Below, in pieces: positions 24,012 through 37,653 of a stretch of 64,000 nucleotides of DNA; the first letter of the stretch is position 1, and every line of letters starts with the position of its first letter. Made by a program: the position numbers and the translations under genes. This stretch comes from Cystobasidiomycetes sp. EMM_F5 (Eukaryota): positions 62,001 to 126,000 of the forward strand of contig JBPGPT010000013.1 in the NCBI GenBank assembly GCA_051047955.1. Direction: 5' to 3'. The notes under the pieces were generated by a model, which saw only the letters and a list, made by a program, of their open reading frames with translations, did not search any database and had not been told where the DNA came from.

Positions 24012-25600
24012 ATGGCGATGGACGGACTAGGCATCGATACATCTGGTGGTGGGCTGAAGGATAGCAGGAAGTTGAGCAAAGGCAAGGCAGCCGAAACGTC
24101 GCAGCAGCAACAACAAATATCAGCGGCCACGAGCTATGTGGTGTCCAAGATTGATGCTGGACAGGCTGTGCTTATCTCGGACGCAGTGAGTGAAGGGCGT
24201 GACAGCTGTGACTATCCATCGCTGATGGCCAATTTGTTGCTCAGGTTCACTGCATCGAATTCCCGTCAATACTCCTACCACCAGGCTGCACGCAAGGCAG
24301 TGTGGTGTCCATATCATGCTCCAGAAATGCTCCAGAGGAACGGCGCCGCGCAGATGACTTTTGGGACCTTCAGGACGATATACTCGCAGCTTTCGGTGAA
24401 ATATCGCCTGCTCCGCCAGCCTTGCGACTACGCAATGTGACTCAGACGTCCGTTACACTGGAGTGGAACAAGCTAGAGCTCGCGACATCGAAACTGCTGA
24501 GCTTGACAATCTGGAGGAATGGCCAGCGCCTTGCGGCGATACCCAATCCGCTCAACAATACGTCTACGAAAGTGTCTGGGTTGGAGGTGGACAAAGACTA
24601 CTCGTTCCATTTAATGATGCGGACAACTGCTGGTAACTTCGCTTCGCAAACCATCAAAACGCGAACACTCACCTTGACCGATACGAGTGGGATAGCTGTA
24701 TGCTTTGGCACTGTCGAGCCTCCGGAATTGTTAGAAGAAGCCAAGGAAGCTCTGTCAGTAATGCAAGCGCGATGGTCGAATCGCATACAGATCGAGACAA
24801 CGCATTTCGTTTGCACTCACCCATCAAATGGAGCAACCCAAAGTTATCGTTCAACTGCCACACAGGCAGCTGGAGGAAGCGATGTACCGAATTCTGCTAT
24901 CGAATACCAAAGGGCTATGCAGTTATCTATTCCAGTCGTGGCGCCCAGCTGGGTTCTATCCTGTCTATCGGAGCGCAAGATGGTGAACATTTCCGCACAT
25001 CCAGTAACAGCGAGTTCATCAGCTGCGCAATCTCAGCCAATGTTGAGCCGCGGAAGCTCGTCTCGAACTTCTCAACAACATCAGGCGCAAGTCCCCCGCA
25101 ACGCGCCGCACCCGCCGATTCAATTACAGAACCCGCCTCCGCCCCGTAAGGCGTCTGTCAGCAGTGTAAGCGGTGCAGCAGCAGCGTCGAACGTTGGCGT
25201 CAAAGAGAACGTTGCGGCTACAGAAACGACCACCAAGGACAATTCCATCTCCGCGACTCCTTCTCAGACGGAAGTGGTCGACCGCCCGAGACCTGAAAGT
25301 CAACCGGTGGTAGTACCGTCTGTAGTCGCGGTCCAACAGGTCGTCAACGTAGACGAGTCCGCTAATCAGGATCAAAGAGTCTCTACGCCCCCTCAGCCGT
25401 CAAAACAGGATACTGCTTCTGTGAAGCCGTCATTCCCTCGACTTCAAACTCAGGCTGAACCTGAGACGCCATCCAAGGAGCGGAAGGAGCTGATTACGGC
25501 TGAGGAGGTGCCCTTGCCGACGGAGGATTCAACTGAGCTCGCAAAGGAGCCTGATGACGCGGAATTGGCAAATGCAAGCATGGAAGATGTGAAGTTATAG
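24012..25600 (+). CDS. CHS5: Exomer subunit Chs5 (CHS5_N, FN3, BRCT)
   Basis: VSKIDAGQAVLISDA|VHCIEFPSILLPPG, LRLRNVTQTSVTLEW...RNGQRLAAIPNPLNNTSTKVSGL (FN3), and TTHFVCT...LSIPVVAPSWV (BRCT). Confidence 0.93.
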
Positions 25601-25772
25601 TTTTAATGGGTAGCTGTCACTGTGCAACGAGAAAACGGAATGTGAAGCGGCGTCAAGGACCGAAGCGAGCTTTTAGTCGAACTGTTGTGCTGCGATTGCA
25701 GTGTCATGATAAGTATGTGCAGTAGTCAATCTTCTAAAAGACATTCGCTCTTTGGTTACTATCAGCCAGGCC

Positions 25773-27808
25773 ATGGCCATTGCGCTCGCAAAGTCAGCAG
25801 TACCAATAGCCAACGGCAGACCGTCATCCGCACGCAATACATCTTCAGCAGATGCCAAAGCTGGTCTTCGCGCTTCGACGGCTGGTGTCCTGCCGCCGGA
25901 AATATGGGAAGCCGTGCTGTCTCAGCTTCCGCAAAGCGATGTCCAGCATACGGCGCTCAGCCTGTCCCGCGCACTTCCAGCAGCTGGAGTGACGCTCAAG
26001 CATCTGTTTCGAGATATTCGCTTGACTCGCGATGTGCAGGCTGCTCAGCTTGTACGTCGTCTGGGTCCAAGATTCGATGATGCAATGCAGGCAAAGGAAG
26101 TCGCAGAAACCTTTACAGGCCTGGCTTGGAGGTGCGATGCAGCCTCTACAAGAGTGCGTACAACGTTGTCTGAGTGCTTCTTCGTCGCAGGACCGACTCC
26201 GACGTGCTTGTCAATATATTAAACGAGCTGCAACATCTAAAATCCATCGTGATTAATGTGGGACCGCTATTTGCGCCTGAGCACCTGGAAGAGCTTGTGG
26301 AAAAGCCGAGAAACAATCTTGAGACCCTCGCACTGCGCTTCAACCCGTACGTCGACAAAGCGTCGTACACCATCTTCCTGAAAGGGTTGTATTTCGATAC
26401 GGGCATTCTCCGCTTGGCTCGCTGGCCAATAACGACAGCATTCCGCCATCTTTCGTTGATTCAAGATCCCATACCATCTCATCGTGACCTGGTCGCCGCA
26501 GCCATCGAATCTAATTCTACAGTACCCAAACAAGCTCATGCGCAACCTATCGTATTTTTTCAGCTGTCTTGCCTGTCAATTCTGGCAATGGCGCCAGTAG
26601 CGTCGCAAATCTCGCATGTTCGGTTGCGTGTCCCTGGTAGGAGCCTGCTTACGGCCCTCACAAACGCCTCAACCTCTTCAACCACCATTCCCGCTACCCA
26701 TTCTGCAGTACTACCGAAGCCATTTCCGGCTCTCGAGCATTTGGACATTTCTACGACATATGTTGCTTGTGATGGAGCTTTCCAAGCTCTGTTGAAACGA
26801 CATGCCAGCCTGACACACCTGGTAGTTGATCGTACTGGGCTCATTCGCTTCGGGCAATCTGAAGAAGCTGTCAGGCTGCTTGGTAGCGTAGTTTCGAGCG
26901 TAGGAAATGCGAGAGCGAGCGAAGCCATGAAAGTGTACCGGGCTGCTGCTCGTTCCCTTCTTGCGAGAAAGAACGCGGAGAAGGCAGCTAGGGAAGAAGC
27001 ACTTGCTCAAGCTCAGGGTGCTGCGACAGGGTCTACTGGACCGCGAACCGAGCTTCAACAGTTGATTGCTAGGGACATTGCGACTTCTGCTAGACGTGGC
27101 AGATCTAGCTACGCTACCGAGCGACGAGTCCGGACGAATCTTAGCACGTCTACTGTGGACGGTGCTGCTGACGCTTTCGCAAACATGTCCCTGTCTACGA
27201 CACACTTCCGACCCGTGATCCTACCAGCTGCGCCCGTCCTCGTCTCGCTGGCTTGCGGGGTGTCTGATCATCCCGATCTTGACGATGCCCTACGGGTAGA
27301 ATGGGAGTATGAGTTTCAGCAGGGATGGAAGGAGGGACTACGCAAAGTCTGTGCGACTATTCGGGAGAAATTGGAAGAATATGCCAGATTCGAGGTTAGA
27401 GCCCGCAATGCCACTCACAAAACGCCAGTTGAAGATCGTGCCATACCGAAGCTGTACCGCTTTCGTACGGCAGCTGAACGGAAGTCTAGAACCAAGCTAG
27501 CAGCCTCTTTAGGCATTACCGTCGACGACATGGATATCGATGAAGACGGAGAAAAGGACATAATGTCCACACTAGATCTGGTCGAATGCTCAATCGCGGA
27601 TGCAAAATTACTGGAAGCCACGATCAACGAGGCAGTGTGCACTTTGTGCACGTTGCCAGACTGTCCGAAAGCCGGCAGGATAGCTTTCACTGATGCGGGT
27701 GACAAAGAGCGAAACGAAGCTAGTCAGTGGCGAAAGCCAGCGAGTGCACACAAGTCCGGCTGCGCTCATCTCATCGGTAGAGCGAAGTGGGAGGAGCAAA
27801 GTCAGTGA
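25773..27808 (+). CDS. F-box / LRR-like hypothetical protein
   Basis: LPPEIWEAVLSQLPQSDVQHTALSLSR (F-box-like), LEHLDIS and LTHLVVD LRR-like strands, and a C-terminal CxxCxxxxC...H..GCAH motif. One intron near 26132-26190. Confidence 0.65.
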
Positions 27809-27943
27809 GAACACCTTGATCATACGTGAGTAGCGCAGCGGAATCCTCAATGTAGCATATATTCTTTTATCGTATCACCTCGTGTAACACTATTCTCGAC
27901 TCGGGCACTGTCACTAAAGCTGCTCATGGCTACAATTGTTGGC

Positions 27944-28814
27944 TCACGCAAGCAGCATTACAACGCCAGACACGCCTGCTAGAACTGACGCAATAGCCGA
28001 CAGTTGCTTGCCAGAGACAGCCGCGCCAGTGACGGTAGTAGGAGTAGCTGCTTTAGCGGATGCAGCTTCAACGGCCGCGGAAAAGGCAGAGGATGCCGCT
28101 GCACCAGACAGAGTTGTAGATCCTCGTCCAGCAGCGCCTGCACCTGTCGCAGTAGGCTGAGAATAAAAGCAGGATCAGTGATGTGCAGCTCGGAGCTCTG
28201 ATACCTTCACATACCACCACGGTTCCGAGCGCTGGTCCTGTGCTAGCTGCGGCTGGCGAAGATGCCACTGCAAGTGCCCTAAAATCGCTAAAAGTCTTGT
28301 TACCTGTCAGAGCAGCGTTGATGGACCCAACCATGCCCGATTGACAGTGGTTGCCCTGTCTGCAGTAGAACCATATCGGTGTTGCAACTTCGAGCTGGAT
28401 GGTCCAGGCGGGGAACTCCGTAGCGTTGGCTGCTACTGGCACAAAGCTGGAGTCGAAGCCCACAGTCTGCGAGTGAACATCATCAGTCGATGTCTGAGGT
28501 GCTTGTATATGGACAGCCGTACCTGCGCGGTCGCGTTCGCCAAGAGCTCACACGGTTTAGCAAACGCGGACTGAGTGACGCTATGATTCTTCGATTGGTA
28601 TACGAAGGTGACTAGAGGGCAAGAAGTCAGCCCAACATCGGATAGGGTCTGTGGGTATGGCAAGGGACGTACCAAAGTCTCCGACGGCAGCCGATATATT
28701 GGACGGTGTAAACACCAAGCCTGCTGCACCGCCGACGAGAATGGTGTGATTGGCTGCCCGTACTGAAGACGCGGCGAATAAGGCGAGGGAAGTGATGGTA
28801 GCGAATGCCAGCAT
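27944..28814 (-). CDS. Secreted, probably GPI-anchored cupredoxin-domain protein
   Basis: Signal peptide MLAFATITSLALFAASSVRA. KNHSVTQSAFAKPC and WFYCRQGNHCQSGMVGSIN provide the His, Cys, His and Met type-1 Cu ligands. An A/S/T-rich stalk precedes a hydrophobic C-terminus. Confidence 0.85.
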
Positions 28815-29320
28815 TCTGGAGGTGCCTTGGAATTAAAGTGGATATGGAAGAAGTCCTGATTGAAAGCGTATATGGAAGGCTACCAGAGCCGAAGTGATGA
28901 GTGGATTGCAGAATAAGAGGAGACGAGCTGTTGAATGAATCAGCTTTGCGACTGAGAACAATGGTGGCGAATATCGACATGGACGCCGTCGCGCTGTCAA
29001 CGCAGTCAGTCCAATCGTCCAGGTGACAGCAGAAGCGCAGTCAGCTAGTGTGGGAGTCCGTCAAGGCAGCGTTAGCATCAGTGTGTGGGCTGGAGCAGGC
29101 TGCATGTCCCGTATTTCAGCTGTCGCAAAGGGTGCTTTGAGCCTTCAGAAGAGTAAGTCAACTGGAAAGCGTAACGTCAAATGCGCCTTATCCACGCAAA
29201 CACACAATGTTGCGCATTCATATTATCCTGGATTGCTGCAGTGTTTCGAATGGATAATTGTCGAGTCCAGACTGACAGCTGCCAGTGTCGGCTTGCCGTC
29301 ACACCCAAAGCTGCGCAACA

Positions 29321-30611
29321 ATGGCTCCACCACCAGCTCCCGTCATGCAGCTGACAGCGTACGTCCAGTTATGCTGTTCATTGTGTGCCCAGCTGCTCAC
29401 ACTGTCGACATTTGCAGAAAACCAAAGACGGCGCGGTCAAAGAGGGCCATGCTGGCGAAAGAGCCAAAAATGAAGGAAAACGCAAAGACGGCGATATTTG
29501 TTCGAGGCCAGAACACGAGCGAGTCTGTACGCATGGCTCTGTCAGAGCTGGTGAGTTGCAAACTACTCACACTCAAGCTGGATCTGACCAAAAATTATGA
29601 CCATTTCGATCACCTGCAACGCTCGCACGCAGATGATGCTCAAGCGACCAGACGCAGTGTCCTTCAGCAAAGCGAATCCTATCCATCCTTTTGAAGACTC
29701 GACATCCCTCGCATTCTGGTCGAAAAAGAATGACGCTTCCCTCTTTCTTGTCGGACTACACAGCAAGAAGCGACCGAACAACCTCGTATTCGCGAGAATG
29801 TACGATAATGAACTGCTCGACATGCTCGAGCTGGGCGTAGAGTATGCCAAGAGCTTGAATGATTTCAAGGTGTGTTTATGTCCTGCACATCATGGACTCA
29901 TTACTGAAATTTATGTTCAAGGGCGCAAAACCGGCTGTCGGACAGAAACCCCTATTCCATTTTTCTGGCGAACTCTTCGACACGCACCCGCTCTATCAGC
30001 AATTCAAGTCACTTCTCCTTGACTTTATGCACGGCATCGAGATTGAACGGATCAATCTGGCAGGATTGAGCCATGTCATTTCGTGCACCGTCGGGCCGCA
30101 AGCCGACGAGCTTGGACAAGCCAACGGCGCAGCAGTACATTCGACTGTCTCGGACGTTACTCAAGCGTCTACTTCCGCTTCTACATCAGCTTCGTCCGGC
30201 TTGCCGGTTGTTCACTTTAGAACGTACGCCATCTCCCTTCTCGCATCAGGGTCACGCACCCCGCTCGTTTCCCTTACACCTTGTGGACCGTCGTTTGACT
30301 TTCGACCGCGAAGAGCACAGCCTGCAGAAGCGGACAGATGGAAGGCAGCGACAAAGAAGGCAGCCAAGAAGAAGGCGCTCGAAGGCGGGGCAAAGAAGAG
30401 AAAGGATAGAAATGTCGATATCGATGACATGGGAGACACGATTGGACGCATTCACGTCGGAAGACAGGATCTTGACAAGCTACAGTCGAGAAAGATGAAG
30501 GGACTGAGAAAGAGTCGGGACGAGGTTGCGGAAGAGGGTCAGGCGGATTCGGTAGCGGATGAGCTGGTTGAGGATGGGACGTCGAGGGGATCGAAGAGGC
30601 TAAGAACTTGA
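29321..30611 (+). CDS. RPF2: Brix-domain ribosome biogenesis factor Rpf2
   Basis: KPKTARSKRAMLAKEPK, IHPFED, HSKKRPNNLVFAR, GPSFDFRPRR and GRIHVGRQDLDKLQSRKMKGL. Confidence 0.95.
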
Positions 30612-30862
30612 TTCCACATCACGATTATGTACTGGTATTGACAGATATCTGTTTGTTGTGCTCGCTTCAGCCAATTTCCTTCGATACTCCCTGCCTCGCA
30701 TTGGCCCACGGCTGATTCGGCCTTGATCTACGTCACGGTCGCCGCTTTGCAGATCCCCTTCGCCACCATCAATGCGGCCACAACATGAAATATCGCAAGC
30801 CAGACGAGGATATCTGACTTGCTTTTACATCGACCTACTACTATACCACCGACAATACAAAA

Positions 30863-33547
30863 ATGGCACCAGGAATAGGAGACTACACTGTAGGGATGCC
30901 AGGCAAGTCGGCAATGGCAAGCGCAAAAGCTGCAATGACCCCGAGCGAGAAGATCAAGCAGCTCGAGCAGTACATCATGGACATGGAGGGAGGAGACCAG
31001 GTGAGTAAAGTTATTTCAACCCTGTGCTTTTTCAAATATCCGTGTTGACACGTTCGCCAGGCTATCCGGACTACATATGGAGCAAAGATTGAGCATGGCG
31101 CAAACGATACCTGGCAAAGAGCTGGTCCTCGTGGACCTCTGACTCTCAACGATCATTACGGTCGTGAAAAAATTCATGCCTTCGACCACGAACGTATCCC
31201 GGAGCGTGTCATACATGCTCGTGGGGCAGCTGCTCATGGAACTTTCACGCTACACACCCCCATTCCGGAGTTCACACATGCCAAGATACTTTCAGAGCCA
31301 GGTGCTACTTGCCCTGTTTTCTTGCGCTTCTCCACCGTGCAAGGCTCGCGCGGATCGGCAGATACCGTTCGCGATGTACGGGGTTTTGCTGTGCGGCACT
31401 ATACAGACGAAGGAAATTGGGACATTGTCGTACGTGCACTCGTTTCGCTCAAGCTATCGATGATTTTTCTAAACTTCTGGGCATATACAGGGCAACAACA
31501 TTCCAGTCTTCTTTGTTCAAGACGGGATGAAGGTGAATGCAAGCCGCGCTGACACGAATTCATATACTGACGTACGTATGAGCAGTTCCCGGACCTGGTC
31601 CACGCAGTCAAACCAGAGCCTATGCATGAGATCCCGACGGGACAGTCAGCAGTGAGTCGCATGTTTTTAACTTAGAGCAGTCTCAGAGAGACGCCTGTGT
31701 ACTGAATGACTGTATGTTCACTTATCGCCATAGCACGATTCTTTCTGGTATGACCATGTTTCGATCGGCAAGATTGCTGAACTTACTGACTCTTAATACT
31801 CTCAAAGGGACTTCATATCCTTAATGCCAGAGTCAACCCACATGATAGCCTGGCAGCTTTCTGACCGCACTATTCCAAGATCCTATCGAATGATGCAGGG
31901 ATTTGGTGTACACGCCTTTGTATTTGTCAATAAGGAGGGAAAGCGAACCTACGTGAAATTCCATTATACCCCACACCTCGGAACTCATTCATTCGTTTGG
32001 GACGAGGCCCTGAAGCTGAATGGCCAAGATCCCGACTTCCACCGCCGCGATTTATATGATTCGATTGTGAGCCTTACTTCGCTCTCTTGAGCGCTAGTAG
32101 CACTGAGAAACGTGCTGCAGGTTGCCGGAGCATATCCCAAGTGGGAACTTGGTGTTCAGATGATCGTACGACGTCTTCGCTACCGTTTCATGCATTCATA
32201 CTGATTTGCCGGCTATAGCCAATCGAGGACGAGGATAAACTGGACTTCGACATTCTTGACTCTACGAAATACGTGTCAGAGGAGTTGTATCCTATCAAAA
32301 ATATCGGCACCATGGAGCTTAACCGCAACGTCACAGATTACTTTGCGGAGACTGAGCAGGTGGCGTTCTGCACCTCGCACATTATTCCTGGCATCGATTT
32401 CAGCGATGACGCCATGCTGGCTGTAAGGAACTTCAGTTACCTCGACACACAGCTCAGTCGAGTTGGCCGCAATCACAAGCAGATTCCGATCAACCGGCCC
32501 GTCTGCCCTTACCGGAACTTGTTGCGAGATGGACAGATGCAGATGGAGATTCCCAAAGGTTTCAACTATGCACCCAATCGTAAAGATACTCCAAGAACGT
32601 CGTCCATCGAAGAGGGCGCGCTGCATCAGCCCCCCGTCAAGGTGGAGGGCACCATTGCTCGTCAACGCCCGCCAAAAGCTACCAACGAGGGAGATCAGCC
32701 TTACAATCAGGCGACCATGTTCTACAATTCGATGAGCGATGTAGAGAAGGAGCACATGATTTCTGCCGCTCAGTTCGAGCTTGGTCACTGCCAGACTCGC
32801 CTCATTCAGGAGCGTATGATGACGCGCTTTGCACAGATCCACCCAGACTTTGGCAAGGCTGTCTCTGAAGGCTTCGGTATTGCAATACCCGAAGGTGTTA
32901 TCGAGAAGCGCAATTACACCACTGCCAAGTCCGATCTCTCACAATTGTCTAAGAACAACACCTTCACCCCCGTGGGTCGCAAAGTCGGTGTTCTCGCCCT
33001 TGATGGATGTGACGGCGCACAGGTCACTGCTCTCATGAAGTCGTACACTGCAGCTGGCTTGATTGTCATGCTCGTCGGTTCTCGCCACGGACCAGTCTTT
33101 GCGTCTGGCAACGAGGAACATGACGAAGCAAAAGCTGGAAGTCTCAGAGCAGACTTCACCCCAGAGTCTTGCAGAAGCACCTACTTTGACGCCCTTGCGT
33201 TCTTGGGCACAAGCGATGAGTACCTGAAGAACCTCAACAAGGGTCGTCTCATTCACTTTGCTCGCGAGGCATATGGTCACTACAAGCCTATTGCCGCAAC
33301 TGGAGCAGCAGTAGGATGGCTCGCGCACACTGTCCTGCCTGGATGCACAGATATCAAGGCCGACCGTGCGGAAAGCTATTCTGAGAAGAACGGTGTGGTA
33401 TTAGGAGCAAATGTCGTCGGCAGTGATAACTCTGCCTGGGAGAAACTGACCGGAGCAGCCAGTGCTGCAGGATTTGGAAAGGCGTTCCTGGATGCTATAG
33501 GAGCGCACAGACATTGGGGACGCGATGTGTCGATGATTGCATACTGA
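30863..33547 (+). CDS. Large-subunit monofunctional heme catalase with C-terminal DJ-1/PfpI-like domain
   Basis: [15 protein letters not shown] (distal His), [31 protein letters not shown] (proximal Tyr), and a C-terminal GRKVGVL...FDAL...[10 protein letters not shown]...HRHWGR domain. Confidence 0.96.
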
Positions 33548-33705
33548 CTGGCGACTTCGAAATTAGATTAATTCGCGAAACGTCGTTGTGGTTTCAGTGC
33601 AGGTACATTGCCAGTATCTGAATGCAAACAACTGAAAATGCCTGCAAGCGGATGAAGAATGAAGGAAGGGGACACTACTTATGCGATTCCGAAGTTGACT
33701 CAGTC

Positions 33706-34526
33706 CTATGACGACAAGAAAGTATAGACAGTATAGACAAGGTACACCAGGATCAACGAACCAAACACTCTAATAGGTGGCTCCAATTTGTTGAACTTCT
33801 CCACCAGCCCAAGCACTGATTCCATTGGAGCGGCTGCAACAGGCTGCGATGGTGTAGTCGAATCGCCCAATGTTTGACCAGCGCCCCACACTACTCATTT
33901 GTCGCGCGTAAGTTTGATTCAAGCGCTATGAGTCTCTGCGAGCTACTCACCGTGACCAGATGACGCATTTTGCGACGGTGGTCCAGCATGTGTGCGAATT
34001 GCGTTCTCTAGCTCGCGAGCATTTGCACCTTGGACCTGACGAGCCTTGTCAGCGCAGACTTGTAGCACAGCGACGTGTCTCCACTTACGGTCGCAACCTT
34101 CTTGCCTCCCTTGTAAATGTTGAAGGTAGGCATTGCTCGCACGCCAGCAGATTGCGCCACATCTTGCAGCTTGTCGACGTCAACCTTGAGGAACGTAGCT
34201 TGCTTGTACTCTTGCGATAGCTTCTGATACGCCGGTGCGATTACTTTGCACGGTCCGCACCTGTGCGACCATGATTGTCAGTCATTGTCATACACGTTGT
34301 TTTCTGCAATCACTGACCATGTTGCATGGAAATCGACGACAGTCACACCGCGGGACTCCACGGCGCTGTAGAAATGATATCGAGCAGTAGTGTTTACAAT
34401 CCGTCGTTGTGTAAATCAGTAATCAGCAAGTTGGCATGACTGTCTCGGCCCGGCCAGACGACGTAAACGAGCAGTCAGCAAAACATACGAATTGAACTCG
34501 GACAGCGTAGCGACTTCCTTGACCAT
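33706..34526 (-). CDS. Thioredoxin with C-terminal extension and tail transmembrane helix
   Basis: MVKEVATLSEF...VVDFHAT|WCGPCKVIAP...FLKVDVD...VRAMPTF, then the extension WGAGQTLG...IRVFGSLILVYLVYTVYTFLSS*. Confidence 0.9.
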
Positions 34527-34927
34527 TGTATGGGTTGAGGCTGCAGCAAATGTTGGTCTCAGCATAACAGTTCTCGGTACTCAGTCCCGATTGATGGGAC
34601 ATGCTGCGCCTTTGCTCCGCCCAAACATATTGAAACATGACTTCTAAATGAACACTGCGCGTATGTATGTGCTGCGGTAGAAACAGTTGGCAGAAGCCAG
34701 GCCATACAGAGTCTAGAAGGTCGGCAACCAAGAAGGCCGATGCGCGTTGCTGGCCGCGAAGCATCAAGCTTGCAACAAACAGTATCGCAGTTGGAAGGAC
34801 GCGCCAAACGCATGCAGCTGGCTTCATACACGCGCATCGTCTGGCTAGAATCGTTCCGTGACGAACAGCATTTCTGCAAAGGCTTCGGGCTATTCGGCCC
34901 ACGTATATGCTCCTGCTGCAAGTCGAA

Positions 34928-37586
34928 ATGTCAGATAGTATCGACGGTATGTCGGGAAATTCCTCAAACGGACAGTCAAGCAGCTCCGCAGTCTTTCGGG
35001 ACCGTTCGCCTGGACGACCGAGCCCACACATACTTCCTGAGGGAAGTAATTCCAAATCTCGGGTCGATTCTATTCTCTTTCGATCCGTTCGCCCTTCTGC
35101 ATCTTCGACAATCCACAACGATGCTTCTTCTTCTTCACCTAGGCCTAATCTGAGCGTCGCTGTCGAATCGCCGCTCGGGCTCAGCCCTGCTTCGGGCAGT
35201 GGTCAGCCATGGCAACAGCCATACAGCGATTTATCGCGCTTCCCCTCTGGTTCATATCGATTTCGAGGGCCAGGTGGTCCCCATCCCTCGACTGGCGTAC
35301 AAAGTGGCCGGGACTGGGGTGCCGAAGGATCATCGAAATTCATGTCGCCTCTACCTAGTCCGCTTGACGGCAGATCGAGGACACTGAGTGACGCAGCAAG
35401 TGACGTTTCATCGCTTGGCAATGATAGTCTTGCTGCCTCAACCGCTGGCCGTAGTGATTTACCATCACAGATCTCTGACAGAACTGCTCCAGCGCGATCG
35501 CGCACTCGGGATTTCTTTGCAGCCATGGATTCCGCATTCAGTCCTCCTCCACCGCCTCGCATGCCATACATGAACGGATCTCTTCACAGTTCACGAAACA
35601 GCGATGATGGCAACACACTGTCCAATTCCATCGGGCCGACCTCAACCTCAGCGCCAGACAGCCTCGTAATAACTACGACTACCTCTGCACCTCCATCAGC
35701 TCAGCCGGACAGAGCAACGTTTGAGCACTTCGACGCCCTGCCGACTGCATTCTCGACAGCTACCGTACTAGACGCTGTGTACTCCGATCCACACCGCCGG
35801 TCGATGTCTGCAGGCACGTCAACTACGCCAACAGTAAACACATCATTCGTAACTCAGAGTTCAGTACACGATTCCCCAGCACCTAGCCCCACCGAGTCTC
35901 AGGCAGCTCGTTGGGCGCGAGAACCGCCACAACGGCTGCCTACTTTGCCAGCTAATATGCCAGAGAATGCAAAGGAGCCGTCTTCCGTGCTCGCGAGTGA
36001 CGTATCACGGTCTCGCAGTCGATCCGCCTCCAATTCGACTGCTTTGGCGTCTGTAAATGATAGAGATGCGCGTCCACGCACAGTAAGCTCAGCCAATACG
36101 ACCTTGAAACCGATACGCGAGACAGAGCCTGGTAGTATTCTGTGCAACAAATACTTGATAGACAAATGCATCGGTCTCGGAGCCTTTTCCCGAGTACTTC
36201 TGGCGCGGAGTATTAAGGGGAAAGAACGGGCAACCGTGATAATTGACAGCGAGGACGATACACAGAATCTACTGCAGCAGAATCTGTCCGATCGAAGCAG
36301 TATAGGGAATGGGAAGCCGCCCAATCTTTCCAGTCCCAAAAAGTCACATTCGCGTACGCGATCGCTTGGCAGATCAAGCGGTACCAGCACACCAAGCAAA
36401 TTGCAACACAGTCTCGCGTTTAGCGATGACAACGAAGACGACAATGTGCCTGCAGAGCCGCCTGATCCGCCGGACACGGGTGAATCCGTTGCCATTAAAA
36501 TGATCAGCAGATCTCATGTAAAGAAGAATGATCGCATGCGAATAAGTATACTGCGAGAAGTCGAGGTACTGAAGGTATGTGAGAGAACGATAGTATCCGT
36601 CTAGACTATTTTGACGGATATGTACTCTAGCACATTCGCCATCCCTCATTGGTCCGACTCATCGAATCTTTCGATAGCTTGTTTCATACATGCTTAGTTT
36701 TGGAGTATTCCTCGGGCGGAGAACTATTCGAACTCATTGCCAACCACCATGAGCAAATGTCAGAGGCATTAGTGCGCAGAATATTTGGCGAAGTGGCCGA
36801 TGTTTTGGGCTGGATGCATTCTATTGGACTAGTCCATCGCGACATCAAGCTAGAAAGTGGGTGACAAGGTTGATCGGTAAAGGTCAGATGCTGACTGCTA
36901 CATACTCAGACCTTATCCTCACATCGAGGCCGTTTCAGGGCCTTTCTGATACGTTTTCTGCTGTATATCCACAGTCTGACAACATGCCAGACATCCCTTC
37001 TCCTTTCGTAAAATTGACTGACTTTGGTCTGTCACGCTTCATCGACCCCGCATCGCCTTATCTCGAGACGCGTTGTGGTTCTGAAGAGTACGCTGCACCT
37101 GAACTCATCATGGGTAAGCGCTACGATGGTCGACAAACGGATGCATGGGCGCTCGGAGTCGTTTTGTATTCTCTCATTGTTGGCCATCTCCCTTTCAGCG
37201 AGGGTCAAGAAAACCTGGGCGCTGGCATATCGCCATCAGTCAAAGGCAGCACGAAATCACGTCGAAGCTATCTCATCCGCATAGCAAAAGGTCAGTACAG
37301 CTGGCCGATAGCAAAGACAGCCGCCGATGGCAGTACCGTCATCGACGACTCTACCCGCTTGATCAGCGAGGACTTGCAAACACTTGCTGCAGCTTTACTC
37401 TGTCGAGAACCTAAGCATCGATTGCGCGTAGCAGATGTGTGGAATTACGCGTGGATGGACGGTGTCGGCAAGCCGGAAAAGCGATCTATTGCTGGCGGAG
37501 GCTTGGAGGGCGTGTCCGTGACAGCTTTCGAGGGCGAAGACGTGGCGGTCGTGCGAGCGGAAGTACCAGAATTTGGCAGTATATAA
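34928..37586 (+). CDS. Ser/Thr protein kinase (CAMK group, Prr1/Nnk1-like)
   Basis: IGLGAFSRV, VAIKMI, HRDIKLE, DFGLSRF, RCGSEEYAAPE and DAWALGVVLY, with a long disordered N-terminus. The subfamily assignment is tentative. Confidence 0.9.
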
Positions 37587-37653
37587 TACCATTTGTATCG
37601 TCATCATTTACCAATATCATCGTCTAATCAAACATCTTGCAATGAATGGCGAT

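Noticed and set aside
29023..29320. N-terminal extension of the RPF2 ORF in the ORF track
   Set aside because: It starts at a non-ATG codon and reads through an intron. ATG 29321 plus splicing gives a normal Rpf2 start.
30863..34526. Catalase plus thioredoxin as an oxidative-stress gene cluster
   Set aside because: They are only two convergent genes with no shared promoter, so adjacency is plausible by chance without synteny data.
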